Shown here piece by piece: positions 1-7,905 of a stretch of DNA of 64,000 bases. A program made the translations under genes and the position numbers. The DNA comes from Nemertoderma westbladi (Eukaryota > Animalia > Xenacoelomorpha). Position 1 is the first letter of the stretch, and the number at the start of each line of letters is the position of its first letter. The notes beneath the pieces are model-generated. The model saw only the letters and a program-made list of their open reading frames with translations, was not told the origin of the DNA and made no database searches. The DNA is taken from NCBI GenBank assembly GCA_032718475.1, contig JAUCBJ010001846.1, forward strand, positions 434,001-498,000, given 5' to 3'.

Positions 1-9
1 GAAACTTAT

Positions 10-1248
10 ATGGCCATCGCCCAAGATGCCCATGTGCAAGGCGAGATTCGATCCGCACGTGCAGGGTTGTTTAAATATGAATATCAACTCACCGCTTCGG
101 GTGATTCAAAAGCAGATCAACAAGCATTAATGCTTTGTCAGGAAATACTAAACCTGTCACCCAACCTTAATATGCGCTGGGATGATATTTTATGGCAGAT
201 GGCACAGGCGCAGTATTTTGGGTTTAGCGTGCATGAGGTGGTGTGGCAGCGGCAAGGGGAGTACATTTTGCCAAAAGCTATCATTGATCGAGCAAACCAC
301 CGCTTTAGCTTTTCAACCGATGGGAAGTTGCTTATTAAAACAAAAGGTTACCCAAAACCACAAGCTGTTCCTGACTACCGATTCCTCATCACCCGACACC
401 AACCCGCCAGCCAAAACCCTTATGGCATCGCTCTGTTTTCAAGCTGTTTTTGGCCATACACCTTCAAACACGCAGGCTTTAGAAGTTACACCAAATTCAT
501 TAATAAATACGGCCTTCCTTGGGCAATTGGTAAATACCCCGAAGGCACAAACGAGAAGGATAGAGATGCTTTGGTTCAAGCATTGGCTCAAATGGTTGAA
601 GATGCGGTTGGGGCAATTCCTGATGGAAACTCAGTTGATTTAATTGAGACTAAATCAACCCAAGCCCCACAACATGACTTCATCAGCCTTTGTAATAAAG
701 AAATGAGCAAAGCCTTAACGAGTCAAACCATGGCCACCGAACAAGAGAAAAACGGATCACGCGCAGCAGGCGAAGTAGCACGCGAGCGAGAACAATCCAT
801 TGATACCGCCACACGTTCAATGGTGGCATCAAGTATGAACCAGTTGATGAACTGGATTACAACCATTAATGTGCAAGGTGCCACACCCCCTAAATTTTCT
901 TTTTATGAACAGGATCAACCTAACTTAGCCTGGGTTGAAGCACTGGAAACGGCAAATAAATTCATGCCAGTCTCAAAACAATTTGCACAAGCAAAAACAG
1001 GGATACAACTGGCACAAAATCAAAGGGATGAACTAAAAACAGATGAATCAGAATTCGCACGCCAGCCTCATGCATTTCATGATGCACAACAAGAGCAGAT
1101 GAATGCGATCTACCAACAACTCTCCAAAGCTGGGAGCTTGCAAGCATTCAGAGCAAGCCTGAATCAATTCTCAGACACAAAAAACACAGAACAAGCTCTA
1201 ACCCTTTCAATGCTTGATTCCATGATCAAAGGGCAAACAGATGAGTGA
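10..1248 (+). CDS. Mu gp29-like portal protein (DUF935), 5'-truncated by window edge
   Basis: Motifs YFGFSVHEVVW, NPYGIAL, KYGLPWAIGKYP, CNKEMSKAL..QTMAT, GSRAAGEV typical of DUF935 portals; frame is open from base 1. Confidence 0.88.
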   Translation: MAIAQDAHVQGEIRSARAGLFKYEYQLTASGDSKADQQALMLCQEILNLSPNLNMRWDDILWQMAQAQYFGFSVHEVVWQRQGEYILPKAIIDRANHRFSFSTDGKLLIKTKGYPKPQAVPDYRFLITRHQPASQNPYGIALFSSCFWPYTFKHAGFRSYTKFINKYGLPWAIGKYPEGTNEKDRDALVQALAQMVEDAVGAIPDGNSVDLIETKSTQAPQHDFISLCNKEMSKALTSQTMATEQEKNGSRAAGEVAREREQSIDTATRSMVASSMNQLMNWITTINVQGATPPKFSFYEQDQPNLAWVEALETANKFMPVSKQFAQAKTGIQLAQNQRDELKTDESEFARQPHAFHDAQQEQMNAIYQQLSKAGSLQAFRASLNQFSDTKNTEQALTLSMLDSMIKGQTDE

Positions 1249-2011
1249 TGTGATCTATGGGGGTTTGCCTTATCTTGAGGCCATTAAGCATTTAAGAGCT
1301 AAGACTAACCTTAAAACCCAACACTGGGATGACCTACTTTTTAAAGCCCACACCCACGGCTTCACCATCGCAGGGGTGATGACCCATGACTTATTAAATG
1401 ATCTACGTGAGGCAGTGGACAGCTCAATTGCAAACGGCACAACCATCACTGAATTTCGAAAAAGTTTTGATCAAACCGTTAAAAAAATGGGATGGAACTT
1501 TAAAGGCAAACGCGGCTGGCGTACGCGTGTTATTTTTGACACCAACATGCGAACAGCCCATATGGCAGGCAAATGGCAGCAGATTCAAGGTACTAAAAAA
1601 GAACGACCCTACCTGAAATATTTAGCAGTTGGGGATGAACGAACAAGACAACAACATAGTGATTGGCATGGCATAGTGCTTTCCATTGACGACCCGTTTT
1701 GGAAAACCCACACCCCACCCAATGGCTGGGGTTGCAGGTGTACGGTTCGAACCTTAACAAAATCCCAAGCCAAAAAGGAACCAAGGTACAAGAAAAAACC
1801 AGCTATTAAAACCACCCAACGCATCAACACCCGCACAGGTGAGGTTTACGGACAAGTACCCGTGGGCATTGATGTGGGGTGGGATCACAATGTGGGTGTT
1901 GGTTTTGGAAGTATCAAAGCATTAAATGAAACCCTTCAACGTATTCAGCCCAGTATTGCCGAACAACTAAGAAAGAACATGAAATACCCCATTAAAAATG
2001 CTGGGATTTAA
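1241..2011 (+). CDS. Phage minor head/morphogenesis protein (Mu gp30/F, SPP1 gp7 family)
   Basis: RVIFDTNMRTAHMAG, GDERTRQQH, DDPFWKTHTPPNGWGCRC, GIDVGWDHNVG motifs; start overlaps the portal stop. Confidence 0.92.
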   Translation: MSDVIYGGLPYLEAIKHLRAKTNLKTQHWDDLLFKAHTHGFTIAGVMTHDLLNDLREAVDSSIANGTTITEFRKSFDQTVKKMGWNFKGKRGWRTRVIFDTNMRTAHMAGKWQQIQGTKKERPYLKYLAVGDERTRQQHSDWHGIVLSIDDPFWKTHTPPNGWGCRCTVRTLTKSQAKKEPRYKKKPAIKTTQRINTRTGEVYGQVPVGIDVGWDHNVGVGFGSIKALNETLQRIQPSIAEQLRKNMKYPIKNAGI

Positions 2012-2031
2012 CACTAAATTAACAATGAATT

Positions 2032-2193
2032 AAAAAACACTTAAGTGGGCAAATCCGATCAAAGAACCACCCACTTTAAGTAAAACCCGGGTAAGTGGAG
2101 ATGAGTGAGATCACCTCCCCTTAAGCCAAACCACACAAACTGAATTTGTGCCATTTAACCGGTGACCCGTCACCAATCCAGCTGGAAAAGGAT
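2032..2193 (-). ncRNA. Candidate structured small RNA / small-peptide mRNA inside the prophage
   Basis: Minus-strand sigma70-like promoter upstream, consecutive hairpins that extend via G-U pairs on the minus strand, terminal stem plus U6 tract; contains a 31-codon ORF at 2154-2059. Confidence 0.35.
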
Positions 2194-2199
2194 GTGGTC

Positions 2200-2227
2200 A
2201 TTATATAAGAGAGAATTTAATGCACAA
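2200..2227 (-). promoter_or_regulatory. Putative sigma70 promoter, divergent from and overlapping the methylase start
   Basis: Minus strand reads TTGTGC-N16-TATAAT (-35 at 2227-2222, -10 at 2205-2200). Confidence 0.4.
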
Positions 2228-3032
2228 ACAACAACCCTATCCATCTAAACACAAACCCATCCTCCCTTGGATGGGGGGTAAACAAAGACTGGCCAAACAC
2301 CTACTACCCTTATTTCCCAAACACACATGCTACACCGAACCATTTTGTGGAGGAGCAGCCCTTTTGTTTTTAAAAGAGCCCTCCAAGGTTGAGGTGATCA
2401 ATGACATTAATGGAGAGTTAGTAAACCTGTATCGTATTGTTCAAAACCACTTAGAGGAATTCATCAGGCAGTTTAAATGGGCATTAAGCTCCAGACAAAT
2501 CTTTGAGTGGGAAAAACAAAAAATACCTGACACACTCACCGACATCCAACGAGCAGCAAGGTTTTACTATTTACAGAAGTTATGTTTTGGTGCAGTCATT
2601 TCCAATCAAACCTTTGGAACGGCTACCACATTTCCACCCCATCTAAATTTGTTGAGATTAGAAGAAGAGCTCTCTCAAGCGCATCTTCGGCTTTCTCGAG
2701 TATTCATTGAGAACTTGCCTTGGCAAAAGATCATTGAGAAATATGACAGACCACATACCCTGTTCTTCTGTGACCCACCCTACTTTGAGTTAGCAGGCTA
2801 TGGCGTTGATTTCAACCTAGATCAGTATCAACAGTTAGCTGATTTTGCATCAAACATCAAAGGCAAAATGATCATCACACTCAACGATCATCCCAAAATG
2901 CGTGAGTTGTTCAAAGACTTTCATATTCAAACCACACAAATAGAATATACAGTGAGTCGACAAAAAACAGGGAAGAAGAGTAGAGAGCTGATTATTGGTA
3001 ATTTTGATGTAGGGAGTAAGGATGGAAGATGA
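2220..3032 (+). CDS. Phage DNA adenine methyltransferase (D12 class, Dam-like)
   Basis: PWMGGK, EPFCGG, VINDIN and catalytic DPPY motifs; occupies the right-end position where Mu has mom. Confidence 0.93.
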   Translation: MHKQQPYPSKHKPILPWMGGKQRLAKHLLPLFPKHTCYTEPFCGGAALLFLKEPSKVEVINDINGELVNLYRIVQNHLEEFIRQFKWALSSRQIFEWEKQKIPDTLTDIQRAARFYYLQKLCFGAVISNQTFGTATTFPPHLNLLRLEEELSQAHLRLSRVFIENLPWQKIIEKYDRPHTLFFCDPPYFELAGYGVDFNLDQYQQLADFASNIKGKMIITLNDHPKMRELFKDFHIQTTQIEYTVSRQKTGKKSRELIIGNFDVGSKDGR

Positions 3033-3153
3033 AATGGATGGTTTAGATTTAGAAGACTTGGATGAAGTTGAAGAGAAACTTCAAAAGAAGGTTGAACAGG
3101 GGGATCAAAGTAATATTGAGGATGAGGGGGTTTGTGAGGGGTGTGTGTTGTGA
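3022..3153 (+). CDS. Small highly acidic protein with C-terminal CxxC (43 aa; below ORF-track cutoff)
   Basis: AGGGAG SD at 3011-3016, ATG 3022 overlapping the methylase 3' end; MEDEMDGLDLEDLDEVEEKLQKKVEQGDQSNIEDEGVCEGCVL. Confidence 0.6.
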   Translation: MEDEMDGLDLEDLDEVEEKLQKKVEQGDQSNIEDEGVCEGCVL

Positions 3154-3195
3154 AATTTAAGGTGGTTTAGTTTTTAAGTTTGTTTTGGAATTTAT

Positions 3196-3242
3196 TTTTC
3201 ATTTCAAACTTAAAATGTTTTCATTTCAAACTGCAACTTACA
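3196..3242 (+). repeat. Putative transposase-binding end repeats and terminal CA of the prophage
   Basis: TTTTCATTTCAAACT at 3196-3210 and 3218-3232 (22-bp period), then GCAACTTACA ending at 3242. Confidence 0.7.
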
Positions 3243-3250
3243 ATTAGTGC

Positions 3251-3880
3251 TTAAAAATTAATAAGCGCATTGGCTGCTGCTGACACAAGGGCACTACCGC
3301 CTTGATGCCCAGCTAGGGTGATGGTAGGGATGGGTTTTGTTTGGCTGGCTGACCATAGGGCTTGTTTGGATTCTTTGGCACTGATAAATCCAACAGGCAT
3401 GCCAATGATCAATTTTGGGCAGATGGATTGTTCGAGCATGATCTCTAGTAGGTAAAAAAGGGCGGTGGGTGCGTTTGCAATTAATAAAATGCTTTGGGGT
3501 ATTTTTTTTTGCTGTAAATGCATTGCAGCCATGGCGCGGGTAATGTGGTGTTGTTTGGCATATTCAATAGTTTTTTGATGCTTAATATAGCATTGGGTGT
3601 TTTTTTTGATCGCTGGCAGAAGACCTGCTTGAATCATATGGGTGTCGCACAAAATAGGGGTGTTTTTAAGTTGGGTGTGATCAATTTGCTTGAATGCTGG
3701 GCTAAATCGAATGTTATGTAAAACAGTATTGATACTTCCACAGGCATGGATCATGCGAAGGATGATTGCTCGTTCAATGGATGTGTAGGGCGCTAGTGCG
3801 TTTGTGGGTAATTTTTTTTGAATGTGGGCAAAAGAGGCTTCGTAAATTTTTTCAGGGCTTTTAATGTAGCTGAATTTCAA
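3251..3880 (-). CDS. cobH: Precorrin-8X / cobalt-precorrin-8 methylmutase
   Basis: YIKSPEKIYEASF start, RMIHACG, ANAPTAL, IIGMPVGFISAKESK, GGSALVSAAANA; TTG start overlapping the cbiX stop. Confidence 0.9.
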   Translation of the reverse strand: MKFSYIKSPEKIYEASFAHIQKKLPTNALAPYTSIERAIILRMIHACGSINTVLHNIRFSPAFKQIDHTQLKNTPILCDTHMIQAGLLPAIKKNTQCYIKHQKTIEYAKQHHITRAMAAMHLQQKKIPQSILLIANAPTALFYLLEIMLEQSICPKLIIGMPVGFISAKESKQALWSASQTKPIPTITLAGHQGGSALVSAAANALINF

Positions 3881-4770
3881 TGGGTGTGATCCGTTCCAAT
3901 ACCCCGTACATGGTGGTGGTGGCCTGCTTGTGGTTGGCCTTTTTTTTGTTCATGGCCAATGATTTTTTCACGGTAGTGGCACAGCTGGCAGTTCATGTTG
4001 CCATGGCCGTTTTCGACTTCTTCGAGCCGCTTGATAAAGCTTTTAATGATCAGCGGGTGGTTATTAAGGTAGGGGGTTTTGATCAGTTTCACGTTGGGGT
4101 GTGCTTGTTGGTAGTTATCACAGCTTTGAAGTATGCGATCCATTAAGCGGCCACAAAATAGTAGGTAGGGTAGTACAATGATTTGTTGAAAACCCATGGG
4201 GTGTAGGTGAGTTAAGGCATCTTGGGTCAGTGGGTAAACACTACCGCTAAAGGCCGTTTCAGCCCAACCCACTTTTAAGCCTTCCCAAAGTAGACGGGTG
4301 ATTTTGTTGATGTTTGAGTTAGCATCTGCATCGTTGGCGCCACGGCCAATTACAAGCAGTAAGGTGTCTTTTAATGGAATAATTGACTGGCTTTTTTGAT
4401 GAGTGGCTTTAATGATTTGTTGGGCACCTTGTAGGGCATGGGCTTGAATGTCAATGGGTTTGCCATAGCGAAGTTTAATGTGGGGGTGGTGGTGTTGAAA
4501 ATGGTTGATTTCACTGGGAATGTCGTTTTTGACATGCCCTGCTGCCATCAGCATCAGTGGCATGATAGTGATAGTAGTGATGCCTTGATCAATCAGTGTT
4601 TTTAAACTTTCATCAAGGGTAGGCTTGGCAAATTCAAGAAAGCCGCTATCGGTTGTGTGGTTTGGTAGTTGACAGGCAACATCGCTTACAAAATTTTTAA
4701 ATTCAGTAATAGCCTTTTCATCTCTTGAGCCATGGCCTGCAATTAGTAGTCCTTTTTTAGGTGTTTTCAT
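3877..4770 (-). CDS. cbiX: Sirohydrochlorin cobaltochelatase, long CbiX with MNCxxC Fe-S motif and His-rich tail
   Basis: GHGSRD, GFLEFAKP, AAGHVKNDIP, GRGANDADAN, MNCQLCHYR, HHHHVRGIG; start taken at ATG 4770 (ATGA overlap with purD). Confidence 0.9.
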   Translation of the reverse strand: MKTPKKGLLIAGHGSRDEKAITEFKNFVSDVACQLPNHTTDSGFLEFAKPTLDESLKTLIDQGITTITIMPLMLMAAGHVKNDIPSEINHFQHHHPHIKLRYGKPIDIQAHALQGAQQIIKATHQKSQSIIPLKDTLLLVIGRGANDADANSNINKITRLLWEGLKVGWAETAFSGSVYPLTQDALTHLHPMGFQQIIVLPYLLFCGRLMDRILQSCDNYQQAHPNVKLIKTPYLNNHPLIIKSFIKRLEEVENGHGNMNCQLCHYREKIIGHEQKKGQPQAGHHHHVRGIGTDHTH

Positions 4771-6038
4771 AGCCCCTTGTTGCCAATGTCTGTTCGGTAA
4801 AAACTGTCTGGCCAATCAATTTGATCAACCATTTGGTAGGCTTGTTGTTGGGCGTTTTTTAAGGAATGATCTCGCGCGCTAACGTTTAAAACACGCCCCC
4901 CCGTGCTGATAAGGGTTCCTTGGTTATTTAGGGCTGTACCTGCATGAAATATTTTTTTATCGGCTGTGTCAGGGGGTAGGTTATTGATGAGGGTGTTTTT
5001 CGGGTAGGCATTGGGGTAGCCTTGGGTTGCCATGACAACGCTGATGGCTGATTGTTTGCACCACGCAGGGGTGTGCTTGGTTTGGTTAAGGGTGGCATCA
5101 ATTAGGGTGTATAGGTCTGAATTAAGTCGCATAAGGATAGGTTGGGTTTCTGGGTCACCCATGCGGCAGTTGTATTCTAGAATATGTACATTTTTTTGTT
5201 CATCAATCATCAGCCCTGCATATAAAAAACCACAATAGTGAATACCCTCTTTTATTAGACCTTGAAGGGTTGGTTCGATGATTTGGTGAATAATTTTTTC
5301 TCGAATTTCACTTTCTTCAATAATGGGTGCGGGGGAATATGCCCCCATCCCGCCTGTGTTGGGGCCTTGGTCGTTGTTGTCTCTTGCTTTATGGTCTTGG
5401 GAGGAGGCCATTTCAATGTAGTGTTTGCCGCTGGCAGCCACGATGAAGCTTGCCTCTATCCCACGAATGAATTGTTCAATAATAATTTTTTGGCTGGCGG
5501 TACCAAATTGTTTATCCATCAGCATGGCTTTAACGCTTTGTTTGGCATGTTCTAAATTTTGGCAAATAACCACGCCTTTACCGGCCGCTAAGCCATCAGC
5601 TTTGATAACAAGGGGAAAGGTTTGTTGTTCTAGGTAGGAATATGCAGCCTGACTATCGCTGAATTCTTGATAGCAGGCAGTGGGGATGTTGTATTTTTTA
5701 AGGAGTTGTTTACAAAATATTTTAGAGCCTTCAAGTTGTGCAGCTTTTTTGTTGGGACCAAAGATGACCAGTTTGTTTTGTTGAAATAAGTCAACCAACC
5801 CATCTGCAAGTGGTTGTTCGGGGCCGACGATGGTGAGGTGAATGTTTTCTTGCTTTGCAAATGTTAGCAGTTTTTCATATTCGCAGGCGCCAATGGGTAT
5901 GTTTTTAACTTTTTGTTCAGCCAGTGTGCCCGCATTTCCTGGGGCGACAAATACGCTTTTCACGTGGTGTGATTGGGCTATTTTCCAAGCAAGGGCATGT
6001 TCTCGGCCGCCAAAGCCTATGATTAGTATTTTTTTCAT
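4767..6038 (-). CDS. purD: Phosphoribosylamine-glycine ligase
   Basis: GGREHALAWK, APGNAG, KADGLAAGKGV, QDHK, GPNTGGMGAYSP, EYNCRMGDPE. Confidence 0.97.
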   Translation of the reverse strand: MKKILIIGFGGREHALAWKIAQSHHVKSVFVAPGNAGTLAEQKVKNIPIGACEYEKLLTFAKQENIHLTIVGPEQPLADGLVDLFQQNKLVIFGPNKKAAQLEGSKIFCKQLLKKYNIPTACYQEFSDSQAAYSYLEQQTFPLVIKADGLAAGKGVVICQNLEHAKQSVKAMLMDKQFGTASQKIIIEQFIRGIEASFIVAASGKHYIEMASSQDHKARDNNDQGPNTGGMGAYSPAPIIEESEIREKIIHQIIEPTLQGLIKEGIHYCGFLYAGLMIDEQKNVHILEYNCRMGDPETQPILMRLNSDLYTLIDATLNQTKHTPAWCKQSAISVVMATQGYPNAYPKNTLINNLPPDTADKKIFHAGTALNNQGTLISTGGRVLNVSARDHSLKNAQQQAYQMVDQIDWPDSFYRTDIGNKGL

Positions 6039-7597
6039 TAGTGTAGAAAGTGTCGTTTATGGGTCAGCAGCATCAATAAGTTGTGTTGGTTAGCGACATC
6101 AATCACTTCTTTATCTTTAACAGAGCCACCGGGTTGAATAATGCCTGCAATGCCTGCTTGTGCAAGGGTGTGGATGTTATCTGCAAAGGGAAAGAAGGCA
6201 TCGGACGCTGCAATGCAATTTTGGGTGGAAAATCCCATTTTGTTGGCTTTTTCAATGGCGATTTGTACACTGTCAATGCGGCTAGTTTGGCCAGCACCGA
6301 TGCCGATGCTTTGTAGTTGGTCATTGATTAGAACAATGGCGTTTGATTTAATGAATTTGACGATTTCCCACCCTAGTTCAAGCATTTGTGTTTGTAGGCG
6401 GTTAGGTTTTTTGTGTGTGCAGGTTTCCCAGTTTGTTTTTTCATTTGATCGGTTGTCTTGTGTTTGTGCTATTAAACCCCCTGCAATGGTTTGGTAGCAG
6501 ATGGGGGTGGATTTTGGTGTTTGCTGGTTGGCGGGTGTTTCAAGGATACACACATTGGGCTTTTGTTTGAAGCATAAGATGGCAGATGGTGTGTAGCTAG
6601 GGGCGATGATCAGTTCAGCAAATTGGTTGTTTAAGATGGTTTGAGCCATTTTTTCATCACAGGTTGTGTTGCTAGCGATAATGCCGCCAAATGCTGAGGT
6701 TGGGTCAGCTTGGTATGCTTTTTGGTAAGCATTGGTGCTATTTTGACCAATGGCCACGCTGCAAGGATTGGCATGTTTGACGATCACGCAGGCATGGGGC
6801 GGGAGTTGTTTGGCTAGTTGCCAAGCGCTTTGGGCATCGCTGATGTTGTTAAATGAAAGGGGTTTGCCTTGGTGTTTTTTGGCATCAATTAGGGTATTTT
6901 TTTGTGATTGTTGTGTATTTTTATATAGGCAGGCTGCTTGGTGGGGGTTTTCACCGTAGCGAAGGTCACTGATCTTTTTTAAGGCGATCAGTTTTCTTTC
7001 AGGCAAGGGTTGGTTGTTTTGTTGAGTGAGGTATTGGTGGATTTGGCTGTCATACCACGCGGTGTGTAAAAAGGTTTTAGCAGCCATTTGTTGTCGGAAT
7101 GTTTCGTCAAGGGTGCCATTTTGAATTTTTTCAATCAGTTGGTCATAGTCGTTTGAGTCAGCCACCACGCAAACATGTTGGTAATTTTTAGCAGCGGCAC
7201 GAAGCATAGCAGGGCCGCCAATGTCGATGTTTTCAATGGTATCTGCATATGTTGCATGGGTTTGATTAATGGTTGATTCAAAGGGGTATAAATTGACAAC
7301 AACAAGATCAATCAGCGGGATGTTGAGGGCGCTGGTTGTTTTGGTATCGTCAGCAGATCGCCTTGAGAGGATACCGCCATAAATGTTGGGGTGTAGTGTT
7401 TTGAGCCGCCCCCCCATCACTTCAGGAAAATCAGTGATCTGGGAGACTGTTTTGACGGGTATTTCAAGGGCTTGAATATGTTTGGCGCTGCCGCCTGTAC
7501 TGATGATTTCAATATTTTGTTGGTGTAGGGCTTTAGTTAGTTTGTTTAGGTGTGTTTTGTCTGAGACGCTAACGAGTGCTCGTTTAATGGTTAGCAT
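6038..7597 (-). CDS. purH: Bifunctional AICAR transformylase / IMP cyclohydrolase
   Basis: RALVSVSDK, GGRLKTLHP, IENIDIGGPAMLRAAAKN, LRYGENPHQ, ASDAFFPF, QPGGS, RHFLH; start taken at ATG 7597. Confidence 0.97.
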   Translation of the reverse strand: MLTIKRALVSVSDKTHLNKLTKALHQQNIEIISTGGSAKHIQALEIPVKTVSQITDFPEVMGGRLKTLHPNIYGGILSRRSADDTKTTSALNIPLIDLVVVNLYPFESTINQTHATYADTIENIDIGGPAMLRAAAKNYQHVCVVADSNDYDQLIEKIQNGTLDETFRQQMAAKTFLHTAWYDSQIHQYLTQQNNQPLPERKLIALKKISDLRYGENPHQAACLYKNTQQSQKNTLIDAKKHQGKPLSFNNISDAQSAWQLAKQLPPHACVIVKHANPCSVAIGQNSTNAYQKAYQADPTSAFGGIIASNTTCDEKMAQTILNNQFAELIIAPSYTPSAILCFKQKPNVCILETPANQQTPKSTPICYQTIAGGLIAQTQDNRSNEKTNWETCTHKKPNRLQTQMLELGWEIVKFIKSNAIVLINDQLQSIGIGAGQTSRIDSVQIAIEKANKMGFSTQNCIAASDAFFPFADNIHTLAQAGIAGIIQPGGSVKDKEVIDVANQHNLLMLLTHKRHFLH

Positions 7598-7824
7598 GAT
7601 TGGAGTGCTTTTATTTTTTTGCAAAATACGCTGCGGTTTAAACCCAACAGTTTAGCAGCTTGTGTTTGATTGCCATCTGTTTTTTTGAGTGCTGATCGAA
7701 TCAAAGCGCTTTGAGTGCAGTTGATGATAGCTTTATATAAATTGGAGGGAGGTTGGTTGGTGCAGTCAAGTTGATCAAAAATGTGATCAATTTGGGTTTC
7801 CAGTAATTGGTCTAGTGATGGCAT
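7591..7824 (-). CDS. fis: Fis-family nucleoid protein
   Basis: GNQTQAAKLLGLNR helix-turn-helix, 77 aa, conserved position directly upstream of purH. Confidence 0.85.
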   Translation of the reverse strand: MPSLDQLLETQIDHIFDQLDCTNQPPSNLYKAIINCTQSALIRSALKKTDGNQTQAAKLLGLNRSVFCKKIKALQSC

Positions 7825-7905
7825 GATGGCTAATATTAATTTTTTTCAACCCCCCAAATTCAGGGGATTTATTATAACATAGGCTGTATTAAGTATTTTC
7901 TATCA

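Larger units (their letters stand above)
1..3242 (+). mobile_element. Right end of a Mu-like (transposable) prophage; continues beyond the window's left edge
   Basis: Mu gp29-like portal, Mu gp30-like head protein and a D12-class adenine methylase, followed by tandem 15-bp repeats at 22-bp period and ...CTTACA at 3237-3242; host genes resume at 3251. Confidence 0.8.

Noticed and set aside
2045-2075. GGGCAAA suggesting a c-di-GMP-I riboswitch
   Set aside because: No GAAA-capped stem or GACGCAAAG follows; better explained as one arm of the minus-strand terminator.
3196-3232. Direct repeats as a possible mini CRISPR array
   Set aside because: Two 15-bp copies 7 bp apart and no cas genes; they fit transposase-binding sites. 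No CRISPR array was seen in the window.
5032-6959. Numerous 60-120 aa antisense ORFs over purD/purH (and similar ones over groEL, amtB, lysS, leuC)
   Set aside because: Fully nested opposite conserved genes, with no SD or motifs; typical shadow ORFs.
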